Part shown: positions 18,415 through 28,116 of the stretch, one piece after another
Numbering within the stretch: the first letter of the stretch is position 1
How the letters are laid out: every line of letters begins with the position of its first letter
From: an uncultured Alphaproteobacteria bacterium
GTDB taxonomy: Bacteria > Pseudomonadota > Alphaproteobacteria > RF32 > CAG-239
DNA: 64,000 bases
NCBI GenBank assembly: GCA_944392235.1
Contig: CALXVZ010000001.1
Coordinates: 19,059-83,058, forward strand
Direction: 5' to 3'
Position numbers and translations under genes: made by a program
Notes under the pieces: generated by a model
What the model was told of the DNA's origin: nothing
Database searches by the model: none
Seen by the model: only the letters and a program-made list of their open reading frames with translations

Positions 18415-19797
18415 TTAAAACGGAAATTTGTTATTAAATCCGCCAAAGGTATTTCCTCCAAACGGATTGTTTTTCATAAAACGGGTTGCTAAGGAATTCA
18501 TTCCTCCTAGCTTTCCCATTCTTTTCATCATGGTTGACATTTGCTCATAGGATTTAAGCAACTTGTTAACTTCATGAACTTCTACTCCGGCTCCGGCTGC
18601 TATTCTTTTTTTACGGGATGCTTTTATGATATCCGGATTACGACGCTCACCTTTAGTCATTGACAAGATTATTGCTTCTTGTCTTTTCATCATTGCGTCG
18701 GCATTTGCTGCTTCTATTTGTTCTTTATATTTACTTAATCCCGGAAGCATCCCCATTATATTTGACACAGAGCCTAATTTCTGCATTTGGCGAATTTGAT
18801 TTAGCATATCTTCTAAATCGAATTTACCTTTCATCATTTTTTTAGCCATAGCTTCTGTTTCTTCTTTATCCAGATTTTCTACAGCTTTTTCGACAAGGCT
18901 TACTACATCGCCTTTATCTAATATTCTGCCTGCCAAGCGATCAGCATGGAATTCTTCTATATCTTCTAATTTTTCGCCGGTTCCCAAAAATTTAAGAGGA
19001 GCTCCTGAAACCATCTTCATTGACAAGGCCGCACCAGCTCGTGATGAACCATCTATTCTTGTCAATACTAAACCTGTTATACCGACTTTTTCATTAAATT
19101 CTTTTGCGACATTGCACGCTTCTTGACCAATAAGAGAATCGGCAACAAGCAATGTTTCTGCCGGATTAGCCATCTTTTTAACGGCGGCAACTTCATCCAT
19201 TAATTTTTCATCTATTTGAAGACGACCCGCCGTATCTAGGATTAATACATCATAGACACCTTTTTGACCTGTTGCTATAGCCCGTTTGGTTATTTCAAGA
19301 GGCTTTTCTCCGGATACGATTGGCAAAACATCAACATTGATTTGTTTCCCTAATTGTGCCAATTGTTCTTGCGCTGCAGGGCGATATACGTCCAATGACG
19401 CCATTAATACACGTTTATTCTTCTTTAGCTTTAACGCTATTTTAGCTGAAGTTGTTGTCTTACCTGAGCCTTGCAATCCTACCATCAATATAACAGCTGG
19501 AGGAACTGCTTTGAAATTTAATTCTGTGCTATCGCCTCCCAATAAATCTATCAACTCGTCATAAACGATTTTAACCAACTGTTGATCTGGGCGTATAGAC
19601 TTGATTACCTTTTCTCCTAGAGCCTTCTCTTTGACTCTAGCCATAAACTCTTTTACTACGCTTAAGGAAACATCTGCTTCTAATAAAGCTAAGCGAATCT
19701 CTCTTAATCCCTCTTCGATATCCTTTTCTTTTAGGACACCGCGAGAGCCTAATCTGCTGAATATGTCACTTAACTTTGTTGTTAATGCGTCAAACAT
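18415..19797 (-). CDS. ffh: Signal recognition particle protein Ffh
   Basis: MFDALTTKL..., GLQGSGKTTT, DTAGRL, LTRIDGSSRAGAALS, and a Met-rich M domain. Confidence 0.97.
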   Translation of the reverse strand: MFDALTTKLSDIFSRLGSRGVLKEKDIEEGLREIRLALLEADVSLSVVKEFMARVKEKALGEKVIKSIRPDQQLVKIVYDELIDLLGGDSTELNFKAVPPAVILMVGLQGSGKTTTSAKIALKLKKNKRVLMASLDVYRPAAQEQLAQLGKQINVDVLPIVSGEKPLEITKRAIATGQKGVYDVLILDTAGRLQIDEKLMDEVAAVKKMANPAETLLVADSLIGQEACNVAKEFNEKVGITGLVLTRIDGSSRAGAALSMKMVSGAPLKFLGTGEKLEDIEEFHADRLAGRILDKGDVVSLVEKAVENLDKEETEAMAKKMMKGKFDLEDMLNQIRQMQKLGSVSNIMGMLPGLSKYKEQIEAANADAMMKRQEAIILSMTKGERRNPDIIKASRKKRIAAGAGVEVHEVNKLLKSYEQMSTMMKRMGKLGGMNSLATRFMKNNPFGGNTFGGFNNKFPF

Positions 19798-19992
19798 TTG
19801 TTTCCTTTATCTTTTATCCTTCCTATTAGTAAAAAAAATTGCGCCAGTGTGCGAACCCTCGCTGACTGACGGCACTCCGTAGAGTGTTATTTTTTACTTA
19901 AATCTGCTTAGATACTAGGGATTTTTTCCTAAGAGTCAAGTCTTTTTTGCTTTATTTTATTTTTGCTTTATTTGTTTCCTCCTAATTTCTAC

Positions 19993-20020
19993 TTGCATAT
20001 TCCTTTTTATTTGTTATTAT
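19993..20020 (+). promoter_or_regulatory. Candidate sigma-70 promoter for prfC
   Basis: TTGCAT (19993-19998), 16-nt spacer, TATTAT (20015-20020). Confidence 0.3.
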
Positions 20021-20062
20021 GCGCTTAATTTTAATGTATTATCCTTTTTTTTGAGAAAAATT

Positions 20063-21652
20063 ATGCCAGAAAATATTGTGAATAAAAGAAAAACTTTTGC
20101 GATTATTTCGCACCCTGATGCCGGTAAAACTACTTTAACCGAAAAACTCCTTCTTTTCGGAGGTGCTATTCAACAAGCCGGCGCAGTTAAAGCGCGTGGT
20201 GAAAATAGACGTGCTCATTCTGACTGGATGAAGGTTGAACAGGAACGTGGTATTTCTGTTGCCTCTTCTGTCATGACTTTTGAATATAAAGATATTACTT
20301 TTAATCTTCTTGATACTCCTGGACATGAAGACTTCTCTGAAGATACTTATCGTGTGCTTACAGCCGTTGATTCCGCTGTTATGGTTATTGACTCCGCTAA
20401 AGGTATCGAAACACAAACTAAGAAACTCTTTGAAGTTTGCCGCTTGAGAAATATCCCTATCATCACTTTTATTAATAAAATGGATAGAGAAGGACTTGAT
20501 CCTTTTGTTCTTCTTGATGATATCGAAAAAACTCTTGTTCTTGATGTTTGTCCTGCAAGCTGGCCTATTGGTAGCGGTAAAGATTTTCTTGGTTGCTATG
20601 ACCTTCTTAATGATCAGCTTATCCTTATGAATAAAACTGGTAATAAAGGACAAATTAACTCAGTTATCGAAACTTGCAAGGGACTTGATGATCCTAAACT
20701 TGATGACTTACTTCCACCTCACGCTGTTGCTAAGCTTCGTGAAGACGTTCTTATGGTTAAAGAACTTTGCCCGAAATTTGATCTTGAACTCTACCTCGCT
20801 GGTGCTCTTACTCCGGTTTTCTTCGGAAGTGCCATCAATAATTTCGGTGTTAAAGAAGTTCTGGAAGGTTTGCATACTCTCGCTCCGACACCGAGACCTC
20901 AACCCACCGCTGAACGCGAAGTTAATGCTGATGAGAAAAAGGTTACTGGATTTATCTTCAAAATTCAAGCTAATATGGACCCTAAACATCGTGATAGAAT
21001 TGCATTTATGCGTATCTGTTCCGGACACTTTAAAAGAGGTATGACACTCTCTCAAATTCGCACAGGGAAACCTATCAAAATCCCTACCCCTGTAATGTTC
21101 CTTGCTCAAGAACGTGAATTAGCTGAAGATGCTTATGCCGGTGATATTATCGGTATTCCTAACCATGGACAGCTTCGTATCGGGGATACTCTTACTGAAG
21201 GCGAAAAATTGCATTTTACAGGTATTCCAAGTTTTGCTCCAGAACTTCTTAAATCTGTGCGTGCGCTTGATCCTCTTAAATCAAAACATCTGGGAAATGC
21301 TTTACAACAAATTGCTGAAGAAGGTGGCGCTAGCGTATTTAAGCCGGTTATCGGTTCTGAATGGATTGTTGGTGTTGTCGGCGTTTTACAATTTGAAGTT
21401 ATGGCTGACCGTATTCGCACAGAATTTAATATCCCTGTTGCTTTTGAACCGACACAATACTACACTGCTCGCTGGATTTCTTCCTCTGATAAAAATATGC
21501 TTGCTAAATTTATTGATGTTAATCAAGCTAATATTGCTCAAGATCATGATGGCGAAACTGTTTTCTTAGCTCGTAATGCTTGGCATCTTAATAAAGCTAA
21601 AGAAGATTTTCCGCAAGTCGAATTGAAGACCACGCGTGAGCAAGTTTTCTAA
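20063..21652 (+). CDS. prfC: Peptide chain release factor 3
   Basis: RKTFAIISHPDAGKTTLTEKLLLFGGAIQQAGAVKAR, DTPGHEDF, NKMDRE. About 529 aa. ATG start chosen over the upstream TTG. Confidence 0.93.
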   Translation: MPENIVNKRKTFAIISHPDAGKTTLTEKLLLFGGAIQQAGAVKARGENRRAHSDWMKVEQERGISVASSVMTFEYKDITFNLLDTPGHEDFSEDTYRVLTAVDSAVMVIDSAKGIETQTKKLFEVCRLRNIPIITFINKMDREGLDPFVLLDDIEKTLVLDVCPASWPIGSGKDFLGCYDLLNDQLILMNKTGNKGQINSVIETCKGLDDPKLDDLLPPHAVAKLREDVLMVKELCPKFDLELYLAGALTPVFFGSAINNFGVKEVLEGLHTLAPTPRPQPTAEREVNADEKKVTGFIFKIQANMDPKHRDRIAFMRICSGHFKRGMTLSQIRTGKPIKIPTPVMFLAQERELAEDAYAGDIIGIPNHGQLRIGDTLTEGEKLHFTGIPSFAPELLKSVRALDPLKSKHLGNALQQIAEEGGASVFKPVIGSEWIVGVVGVLQFEVMADRIRTEFNIPVAFEPTQYYTARWISSSDKNMLAKFIDVNQANIAQDHDGETVFLARNAWHLNKAKEDFPQVELKTTREQVF

Positions 21653-21665
21653 TTTATATAAATTT

Positions 21666-21700
21666 AAAGCCTCGTAGATTTTATTTCTCGAGGCTTTTCT
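21666..21700 (+). terminator. Intrinsic terminator after prfC
   Basis: aaagcctcg / cgaggcttt stem plus a T-rich tail. Confidence 0.7.
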
Positions 21701-21712
21701 TTATCCTTTTTC

Positions 21713-22546
21713 CTATTTTGAAAATTTCTTTGAATAGATGGGGATATTTATTATCTTTATAACTTCCCCCTTCTCGCTTTTCTTGTGATAATATAAAAAC
21801 TTCTTCAATCTAAATATTACCGGATGGAAAATTGAAACGCCCCTACCATCATAACTCTTTATTTTTTTATTATCTAAATAAACGAGATTGCCTAAAATCT
21901 GTTCCATTTCATGTGCTGGTGAAACTTTCTCTTGGCGATTTGTTGTTGGAAAATCTGTAATTCTAATTCTTTTTATCAGAGGTTTGAATATTTCTGATTT
22001 TGCGACAAACATTGTTCCTGATACATATTTTTTTTCTTTTATCTTCGTTAGTCTTAATTCTTCTTCCCAATTAGTGCTTTTTATAAAAGTTTTACTACAA
22101 TTTTTTAGAATTAATCTTGCATCAGATACCATACCACAATCTGGCTCTTTTAATCTTTCTAAACTCTTACACCAACTTTCTTTACTTGAACAAAAGCCTA
22201 GCAGAGTTTCTCGCCACTTGTCACCCCTCATATCGAAACCATTTATATACCAAGGTGCTGTATTTATATCTCTTTTCGTATGCAACTTTATTACATACTC
22301 ATAATTCTCTAATTCAACGCTATTCAAAATATCTATAAATGGTCCTACATCATACCCCCTATTATCAACTATCTTCACAGTAGTCTTTGCATTCCACTTT
22401 TTAATTTTCTCTATCAGATTTTGATGCTCTTCAACCATAGTAACGTAGACATCACACTCTGTTATACTAGTTATATTGTCTATGCATCTCTGAAGTTCGT
22501 CCCACATATGGGGATAATAAACGTGTGCGTGAATTAAGGACTTCAT
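21713..22546 (-). CDS. Rhamnan-synthesis protein F (RgpF)-like polysaccharide glycosyltransferase
   Basis: AHVYYPHMWDEL..., VDNRGYDVGPFIDIL, IKLHTKRD resemble the RgpF-family N-terminal signature (H.yY.d...e...; N.GrD..pf; K.HtK.s). Assignment is from memory. Confidence 0.5.
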   Translation of the reverse strand: MKSLIHAHVYYPHMWDELQRCIDNITSITECDVYVTMVEEHQNLIEKIKKWNAKTTVKIVDNRGYDVGPFIDILNSVELENYEYVIKLHTKRDINTAPWYINGFDMRGDKWRETLLGFCSSKESWCKSLERLKEPDCGMVSDARLILKNCSKTFIKSTNWEEELRLTKIKEKKYVSGTMFVAKSEIFKPLIKRIRITDFPTTNRQEKVSPAHEMEQILGNLVYLDNKKIKSYDGRGVSIFHPVIFRLKKFLYYHKKSEKGEVIKIINIPIYSKKFSK

Positions 22547-22548
22547 TT

Positions 22549-23793
22549 TTATTTTCCTTTTTTCTTTTGCTTAAATATTTGCTTTAACTTTCTTCTCCAT
22601 GGAACATATGCTTTTGACATTCCCAATAACCTACGGGCAATTAGAGGCGCTTGCAATGACAATGATTTATTGTATGTTATTTGTGTGTAGCGTTGTAAAT
22701 ATTCTTTCATAAATGCTTTGCTATTTTTTACACTAACTTGTCCCACCAATTTAGCATTTACTTTTAACCCTTTGTCTTGGCAATATTCATACATCTCATG
22801 ACTTATTCCCAATAGCACCGGACCTGCTGAATGATCTATCGGAAACGGATTCATATTTGCTCCTATACTATACCAATCCGCTTGTAATGCTTGGTGAATT
22901 ATAGATTGCTCAACTATTGCCGTATCACTCCTTTCGAGTATACTTATCTTTATTCCTCTTTTAGCGAAGACAGCTAAATGTGTTGCCGTTCCTATTACTC
23001 CGGCTATTTCTTTCGCTCCTTTGATATATGAAATCTGTTCTTTTAACTCTAATTGTTCCGGATAGATAATTTTATATCCATTTTCTTTATATAAATTTTC
23101 TAATATATCCTCTCCGTAGCAAGCTGTTCCTGTATTAAATTTACGACGAGACAGATATATCTTTTCATCTCTCTTCGCTTCAATTTTTTCTCTTATTGCT
23201 TCATAAGGGACAAGAAATTTCTCATTATATGATTTTCCCAATATATGTGACGGAGTTGGAACATATATTTTCTTAAACTTTGTCGGAACTTTTATAATGT
23301 GGATTTTTTCCTCAGGAACACCTAGCAATTCCATAAAATCATAAAATTGCTTTATTATTTTTTGTTTTTTCGATACTAAAAAGGCTAATCCTAAATTTTT
23401 ATCATGACGCTCAACCCAATACCATAGGCGATTAGTGCTTTCCATCAAAAAGTGCCCAAAATGATTTATCAGTATTCCGCAATATACGACTTCTTCATCT
23501 TTGTAATCGGCATCTTGTGCGGTAAAATCATAAGCACCGACTAACTCGCCACCTTTTTGTTCTCTTTTTCCTTCTGATTGTTTTATAAAAGCGCCCTTCT
23601 CATCAACTACACCGCCTCTAAAATATGGTGTTCCATCTTCATAAAGTTCTTTCTGCGCCGGAAGAATATATCCTGAAGATACTTCTATTGTTTCTATCTT
23701 CTCTTTTAGATAATAATCTTTATTCTCAATCTCTGAAAATTTTTGAATATTCTCTTTGGCTACATAAATACGTTTTATTTCTGATGTTGACAT
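22549..23793 (-). CDS. Glycosyltransferase family 61 / DUF563-like protein
   Basis: NHFGHFLMESTNRLWY, then YLSRRK..., GYKIIYPEQLELKEQISYIKGAKEIAGVIGTATHLAVF, matches the DUF563 layout. There is a 2-nt gap to the RgpF-like gene. Confidence 0.55.
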   Translation of the reverse strand: MSTSEIKRIYVAKENIQKFSEIENKDYYLKEKIETIEVSSGYILPAQKELYEDGTPYFRGGVVDEKGAFIKQSEGKREQKGGELVGAYDFTAQDADYKDEEVVYCGILINHFGHFLMESTNRLWYWVERHDKNLGLAFLVSKKQKIIKQFYDFMELLGVPEEKIHIIKVPTKFKKIYVPTPSHILGKSYNEKFLVPYEAIREKIEAKRDEKIYLSRRKFNTGTACYGEDILENLYKENGYKIIYPEQLELKEQISYIKGAKEIAGVIGTATHLAVFAKRGIKISILERSDTAIVEQSIIHQALQADWYSIGANMNPFPIDHSAGPVLLGISHEMYEYCQDKGLKVNAKLVGQVSVKNSKAFMKEYLQRYTQITYNKSLSLQAPLIARRLLGMSKAYVPWRRKLKQIFKQKKKGK

Positions 23794-23887
23794 TGTGCGA
23801 CTTTCTAATTTGTTATCCTATTCTCTCTTTAACATATTTTGAAAGTTATGAATACTATTTTTATCTTATTCACAATATCTTATCAAC

Positions 23888-24325
23888 TTAGTATCTTTGT
23901 GGAATAAAATTTTGAGCAAATACTTCTTTTTCAATTCCGTTTATTTGTATAATTTGCGGATTGTTTATTATTTCTTGAAGTTCCGTTGTGCAAAATGTGC
24001 TACGTTCATCTGCTCCTTCTACAAACGCATTAATATTACCGGATGCCTCTCTTATATATCTTGATGAAGCTACTCTCCATATTTTTGTTATTTCCTCTCC
24101 TACTTCATCAACTTTTCCATCCAGCCCCAATGCTATAAGAGCTTTGCCACATGGCGTATCATCCAGCATTTGTGCCTCTGCATGTGTCTTAATATAGGCC
24201 TTTGCAGCTTCTTTATTTTTAGAATTTGGCATATAGCTGACACTATATACAACTGCGCAATCAGGCTTTGTTTTGACAACTTCTTTTTGAGCAATTTGAT
24301 ATGCTTGCTCGATTAGGTTATTCAT
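23888..24325 (-). CDS. Hypothetical soluble protein (145 aa from the chosen start)
   Basis: The ATG is embedded in the last codons of the upstream metallophosphoesterase gene (GATGAATAA, 8-nt overlap). No family was recognised. Confidence 0.5.
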   Translation of the reverse strand: MNNLIEQAYQIAQKEVVKTKPDCAVVYSVSYMPNSKNKEAAKAYIKTHAEAQMLDDTPCGKALIALGLDGKVDEVGEEITKIWRVASSRYIREASGNINAFVEGADERSTFCTTELQEIINNPQIIQINGIEKEVFAQNFIPQRY

Positions 24326-25589
24326 CCTTCTTCTCCTCTGAAGATGGATTTTCTTCAACTATTGGAGTATTAACTTCTCCTTTTTCTATTCTTTCCTCCT
24401 GAGGTTCTTCCTTAACCGAACCTTCTTCCTTTGTTTGAGCTTTTTCTGGCTTAAACTCAAACACAGTAATCTCGGATGGTGCAAATATTCTTATTGGAGG
24501 CCCCCAATATCTTGTTCCGCGAGAAACATATAATTTTACACCTTGCTTGTCATAAAAACCTGCTAATACACCATCATTGGCTTTTTCTGTAATATAATGG
24601 AATGGATATATCTGCCCACCATGGGTATGACCTGATAATTGTAAATCTACATGTTCCTTAGTAACTCCTTCTGCTATCTTTGGAGAATGCGATAGTAAAA
24701 TTACATAATCATCTTCAGAAGCTTTATATAGGGCATTTTGAATCTTAATTGGCATTTTTACTCTCTCAGCGGCATTTATATCCGGAATTCCTGCTATATA
24801 AATTCCGCTATCTCCTAAGCTTTCTCCTACATTATTCAGAAAAATAAATCCCATTTGTGAAAAAGCCATCGCCCATGCTCGAGCATTATTATAAAATTCA
24901 TGATTTCCTAATACTACAAATGTTTTATTTTTTGGTTTTAATAAACGTAACTCTTCCATTTGGGCGAATATTTTTCCAGGTTCATTATCAATTATATCTC
25001 CCACTAATACTACATCATCCGGATTTAATGAATTTACTTTTTCCACTATCTTTTTTATTATTTTAGGGGATACGTCTGTATCTATATGCAAATCCGACAA
25101 CATTGCAATTTTTGTTGCTTCTTTGATTTTTGGCGAACTTATTTCATACGTTTTAATTGTCGGCATCTTCTCTGCTTCGTATAATCCATATAGGCAAAAT
25201 AGTAGGCAGAAAATTAATGTTCCTATATTTACCTTACTCAGTAATGTGGTGTTTTTTAAGTCTGATATCGGGACTCTTCTTATAACATCAATTATTGTCC
25301 AAGCGATATCTCTTAATAATGTTATTGCAAATATAAAGAATGACAATCCAAACCAGAAATATAGTATCTTGCTTAAATATACAAACTGATTTTCGATATC
25401 CGTATGTCGTAATGCAAATCCTATAAATGGGGCACACCATCCACCAATTAAAAATAGCAAGCAACCTAATTTGGTATACCATTTATAATCTCCATATCCG
25501 ACATATGTCTTATATGTTATTGCTATTGCTGCTATTGCTACAATTAGAAATGCTATCTCTATTGGCATTTTTACCCTCCCTCTGGACAT
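24318..25589 (-). CDS. Membrane-anchored metallophosphoesterase (YkuE-like calcineurin-type phosphoesterase)
   Basis: About 4 N-terminal TM helices, then LSDLHID, VLVGDIID, LGNHEF, LLSHSP, GHTHGGQ. Acidic C-terminal tail. Confidence 0.8.
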   Translation of the reverse strand: MSRGRVKMPIEIAFLIVAIAAIAITYKTYVGYGDYKWYTKLGCLLFLIGGWCAPFIGFALRHTDIENQFVYLSKILYFWFGLSFFIFAITLLRDIAWTIIDVIRRVPISDLKNTTLLSKVNIGTLIFCLLFCLYGLYEAEKMPTIKTYEISSPKIKEATKIAMLSDLHIDTDVSPKIIKKIVEKVNSLNPDDVVLVGDIIDNEPGKIFAQMEELRLLKPKNKTFVVLGNHEFYNNARAWAMAFSQMGFIFLNNVGESLGDSGIYIAGIPDINAAERVKMPIKIQNALYKASEDDYVILLSHSPKIAEGVTKEHVDLQLSGHTHGGQIYPFHYITEKANDGVLAGFYDKQGVKLYVSRGTRYWGPPIRIFAPSEITVFEFKPEKAQTKEEGSVKEEPQEERIEKGEVNTPIVEENPSSEEKKDE

Positions 25590-25595
25590 CTTATT

Positions 25596-26162
25596 TTATT
25601 CTGCCTTTGATATCTCTTCCTTAGCTTCTTCTTTTTTAGTTTTTCGTGGAGCTGTTGTTCTTTTTCTAACAACTCTTTTAGGTTTTGTTTCTTCTTGAGG
25701 TGCTGTCTCTTCTACTATTTCTACAACCTTAAAATTCTTCACTGGTTTATTTTCCACTGCCGGTAATGTCTCTACGTATCCATTGGCTTCTGGGATAGGC
25801 TCTACTACTGTAATAGGTTCTTTTACTTTTTCCTCTTCCGATGTTTCCGCATTCTCAGCATTTTCTACAGCCTCTTCATTTTCTTCTTGACGGTTCTGTG
25901 GCTCTGGTCTTGCTGCCTGACGACGTTCGTTTATCTCTGTTACAATTTTACGATAGTGTTCTGCATATTGACGATATATTTCCATATCAACATAATCTCC
26001 ACTGCTTTGTGCTTCTTTGGCTAAATCATTATATCGTCTTATCAAATCAAGTGCCGTTCCGCTTATTTTGCCTGCGATACTCACACTATCAAATTTATAG
26101 TTTAACGTGTAACCGCTATTGTTACCGCCGTTATTACGAAATCTATTATTTTGCTTTTTCAT
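25596..26162 (-). CDS. DUF4167 domain protein
   Basis: NNGGNNSGYTLNYKFDSVSIAGKISGTALDLIRRYNDLAKEAQSSGDYVDMEIYRQYAEHYRKI, followed by an acidic/basic low-complexity tail. This is typical of alphaproteobacterial DUF4167 proteins, from memory. Confidence 0.6.
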   Translation of the reverse strand: MKKQNNRFRNNGGNNSGYTLNYKFDSVSIAGKISGTALDLIRRYNDLAKEAQSSGDYVDMEIYRQYAEHYRKIVTEINERRQAARPEPQNRQEENEEAVENAENAETSEEEKVKEPITVVEPIPEANGYVETLPAVENKPVKNFKVVEIVEETAPQEETKPKRVVRKRTTAPRKTKKEEAKEEISKAE

Positions 26163-26304
26163 ATATTCCTACATTCATATTAGAGCTTATTGCTCTTTAC
26201 TTGTGACAATTAAAAAGGAAAATTTTGATATGCCTTAAATACAAAACCGCATATCTTATTTTTTTACATCACTTAATATTACTAGCTAATTTTTTTTTTG
26301 CAAC

Positions 26305-27135
26305 TTATTTTTTCATTATAACACATCTGTTTATACCTCCTAAATCTTTAACTATTCCTTTAAGCCTTAATCCTTTATTTTCAAATATTTCTGCAATTTT
26401 CTCAGATTGTCCTATGCCTGCCTCTATTAGAATATATCCTTCTTTTTTTAGTATTTCCGGAACTATTTCTGCTATCTCTTTATAGCAATCATATCCATCT
26501 TTTCCTCCATCTAAGGCTGTTTTTGGGTCATAGCTTTTAACCTCTTCCTCTAATTCCTCTATTTCTGCACTGGCTATGTAAGGAGGATTTGTTACAACTA
26601 CATCTATACTTTCTTTTTCTATTTCCAATTCTTTCCATGACGAATTTATAAAAGTGCATCTGCTTTCTACATCTAGTCTTTGTGCGTTTATTTGAGCTAT
26701 CTCTATTGCTTTTGCGGAAATATCAACTCCTATCCCTTGAAGTTGCTGACATTCTTGCAATATTGACAACAATATACAACCGCTTCCGGTTCCTAAATCT
26801 AGCACTATTCCGTTTTTTTTAGCTCCTAGTAGATTTATCGCCTCTTCTACCAATATCTCTGTATCTGGTCGAGGACTTAATACATCTCCCGTTACTTTAA
26901 ATACGCTTTTATAAAATTCTTTTTCACCAATGATTTTATCTAAAGGTTCATGTCTTGATCTTCTTGAAACCATCAACATTATTGTTTGTTTTTCTTGTTC
27001 GCTTATCTCTGGATATTCCGGTGCTGCATGCTTTAATATAATATCTGTTTCCATTCGCGGAGATGGTATCTTAGCTTTTATTAATGCTGATATAATCTCT
27101 TCACGCAAATTCATATTCTTTTTTATCTTTGTCAT
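26305..27135 (-). CDS. prmC: Release factor glutamine N5-methyltransferase PrmC/HemK
   Basis: LDLGTGSGCI, VVTNPPYI, and ...RHEPLDKIIGEKEFY.... The start is ambiguous (27114, 27135 or 27183). 27183 would overlap rpoH by 44 nt. Confidence 0.85.
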   Translation of the reverse strand: MTKIKKNMNLREEIISALIKAKIPSPRMETDIILKHAAPEYPEISEQEKQTIMLMVSRRSRHEPLDKIIGEKEFYKSVFKVTGDVLSPRPDTEILVEEAINLLGAKKNGIVLDLGTGSGCILLSILQECQQLQGIGVDISAKAIEIAQINAQRLDVESRCTFINSSWKELEIEKESIDVVVTNPPYIASAEIEELEEEVKSYDPKTALDGGKDGYDCYKEIAEIVPEILKKEGYILIEAGIGQSEKIAEIFENKGLRLKGIVKDLGGINRCVIMKK

Positions 27136-27139
27136 TTTC

Positions 27140-28042
27140 TTATGCGACCATCGCTTTTTTAACTTCTGATGATAATTTATCAAATGCTTTCTTTTCTATT
27201 TGGCGGACTCTTTCTCGGCTTATGTTAAAGTGCGCTCCAATATCATCTAATGTTACAGGATTTTCTGTTAACATTCTATTTTTAATAATATATTGTTCTC
27301 TTTCATCCAGCTTTTTCAAACACTCTGCTAAAATTTTTGCCTTATATGCTTGTTCTTGGCGAGCTTCCAATTTTCCTTCTATGTTCTCTCGCCCATCTAT
27401 CACCATATCTATCTTCTCGCGGCCGTCTTCATCATCTCCGACACTTACATTTAATGAACTATCGCCTCCAATGCGACGATTCATTTCTGTTACATCTCTT
27501 TCATCAACGACTAATTCTCTTGCTATTTCCTTTACTACTTTGGGTTCCAATTCTTTATTTTCATATATTCCCAATCGAGCTTTGATACGGCTTAAATTAT
27601 AGAACAATTTCTTTTGTGCGGCTACTGTTCCAATCTTTACCAATGACCATGAACGCAAAATGTAATCATTGATTGCCGCTTTTATCCACCATATCGCGTA
27701 TGTTGCCAGACGGACTTTTTTATCGGTATCAAACTTCTTTACCGCCTGCATCAATCCTAAATTTGCCTCTGATATCACATCTGACATCGGTAATCCGTAA
27801 CGTCGATATGTTAAGGCTATTTTAGCGGCCAAACGTAAGTGTGATGTTATCAATTTTTGTGCCGCCAATAAATCCCCTTTAGACTGAAATTCCTCTATCA
27901 GTCTTTTCTCTTCCTCTTCTGTTAATACAGGAAATTTCTTTATCTGTTCTAAATAGCTATATAATCCATTTTCCTCAATAACCATGGGTAACTGAGGTTT
28001 CGGATTTACTACAACTAAATTTTTATGTTCACTCATATTCAT
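27140..28042 (-). CDS. rpoH: RNA polymerase sigma-32 factor RpoH
   Basis: RpoH-box-like AAQKKLFYNLSRIKARL, region 2 (LRLAAKIALTYRRYGLPMSDVISEANLGLMQAVKKFD, ATYAIWWIKAAI) and region 4 (TLDDIGAHFNISRERVRQIEKKA). Confidence 0.9.
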   Translation of the reverse strand: MNMSEHKNLVVVNPKPQLPMVIEENGLYSYLEQIKKFPVLTEEEEKRLIEEFQSKGDLLAAQKLITSHLRLAAKIALTYRRYGLPMSDVISEANLGLMQAVKKFDTDKKVRLATYAIWWIKAAINDYILRSWSLVKIGTVAAQKKLFYNLSRIKARLGIYENKELEPKVVKEIARELVVDERDVTEMNRRIGGDSSLNVSVGDDEDGREKIDMVIDGRENIEGKLEARQEQAYKAKILAECLKKLDEREQYIIKNRMLTENPVTLDDIGAHFNISRERVRQIEKKAFDKLSSEVKKAMVA

Positions 28043-28116
28043 TATTTTCCTGACAGAATATCCTTTTTACTTTGATTGTATCTATTTAGTTTGCTATCTG
28101 TCGCTTCGCAAGTTTT

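Noticed and set aside
19838-19897. The GC-rich element as SRP (4.5S) RNA, given its position next to ffh.
   Set aside because: It is too short and lacks the conserved domain IV motifs (GGAA tetraloop, AGCA/GCA symmetric loop context).
20135-21420. Long antisense and alternative-frame ORFs inside prfC (for example 20135-20653 minus strand, 172 aa; 21129-21569 plus strand, 146 aa).
   Set aside because: prfC is unambiguous across this span. The alternative ORFs have no recognisable domains and have biased composition.
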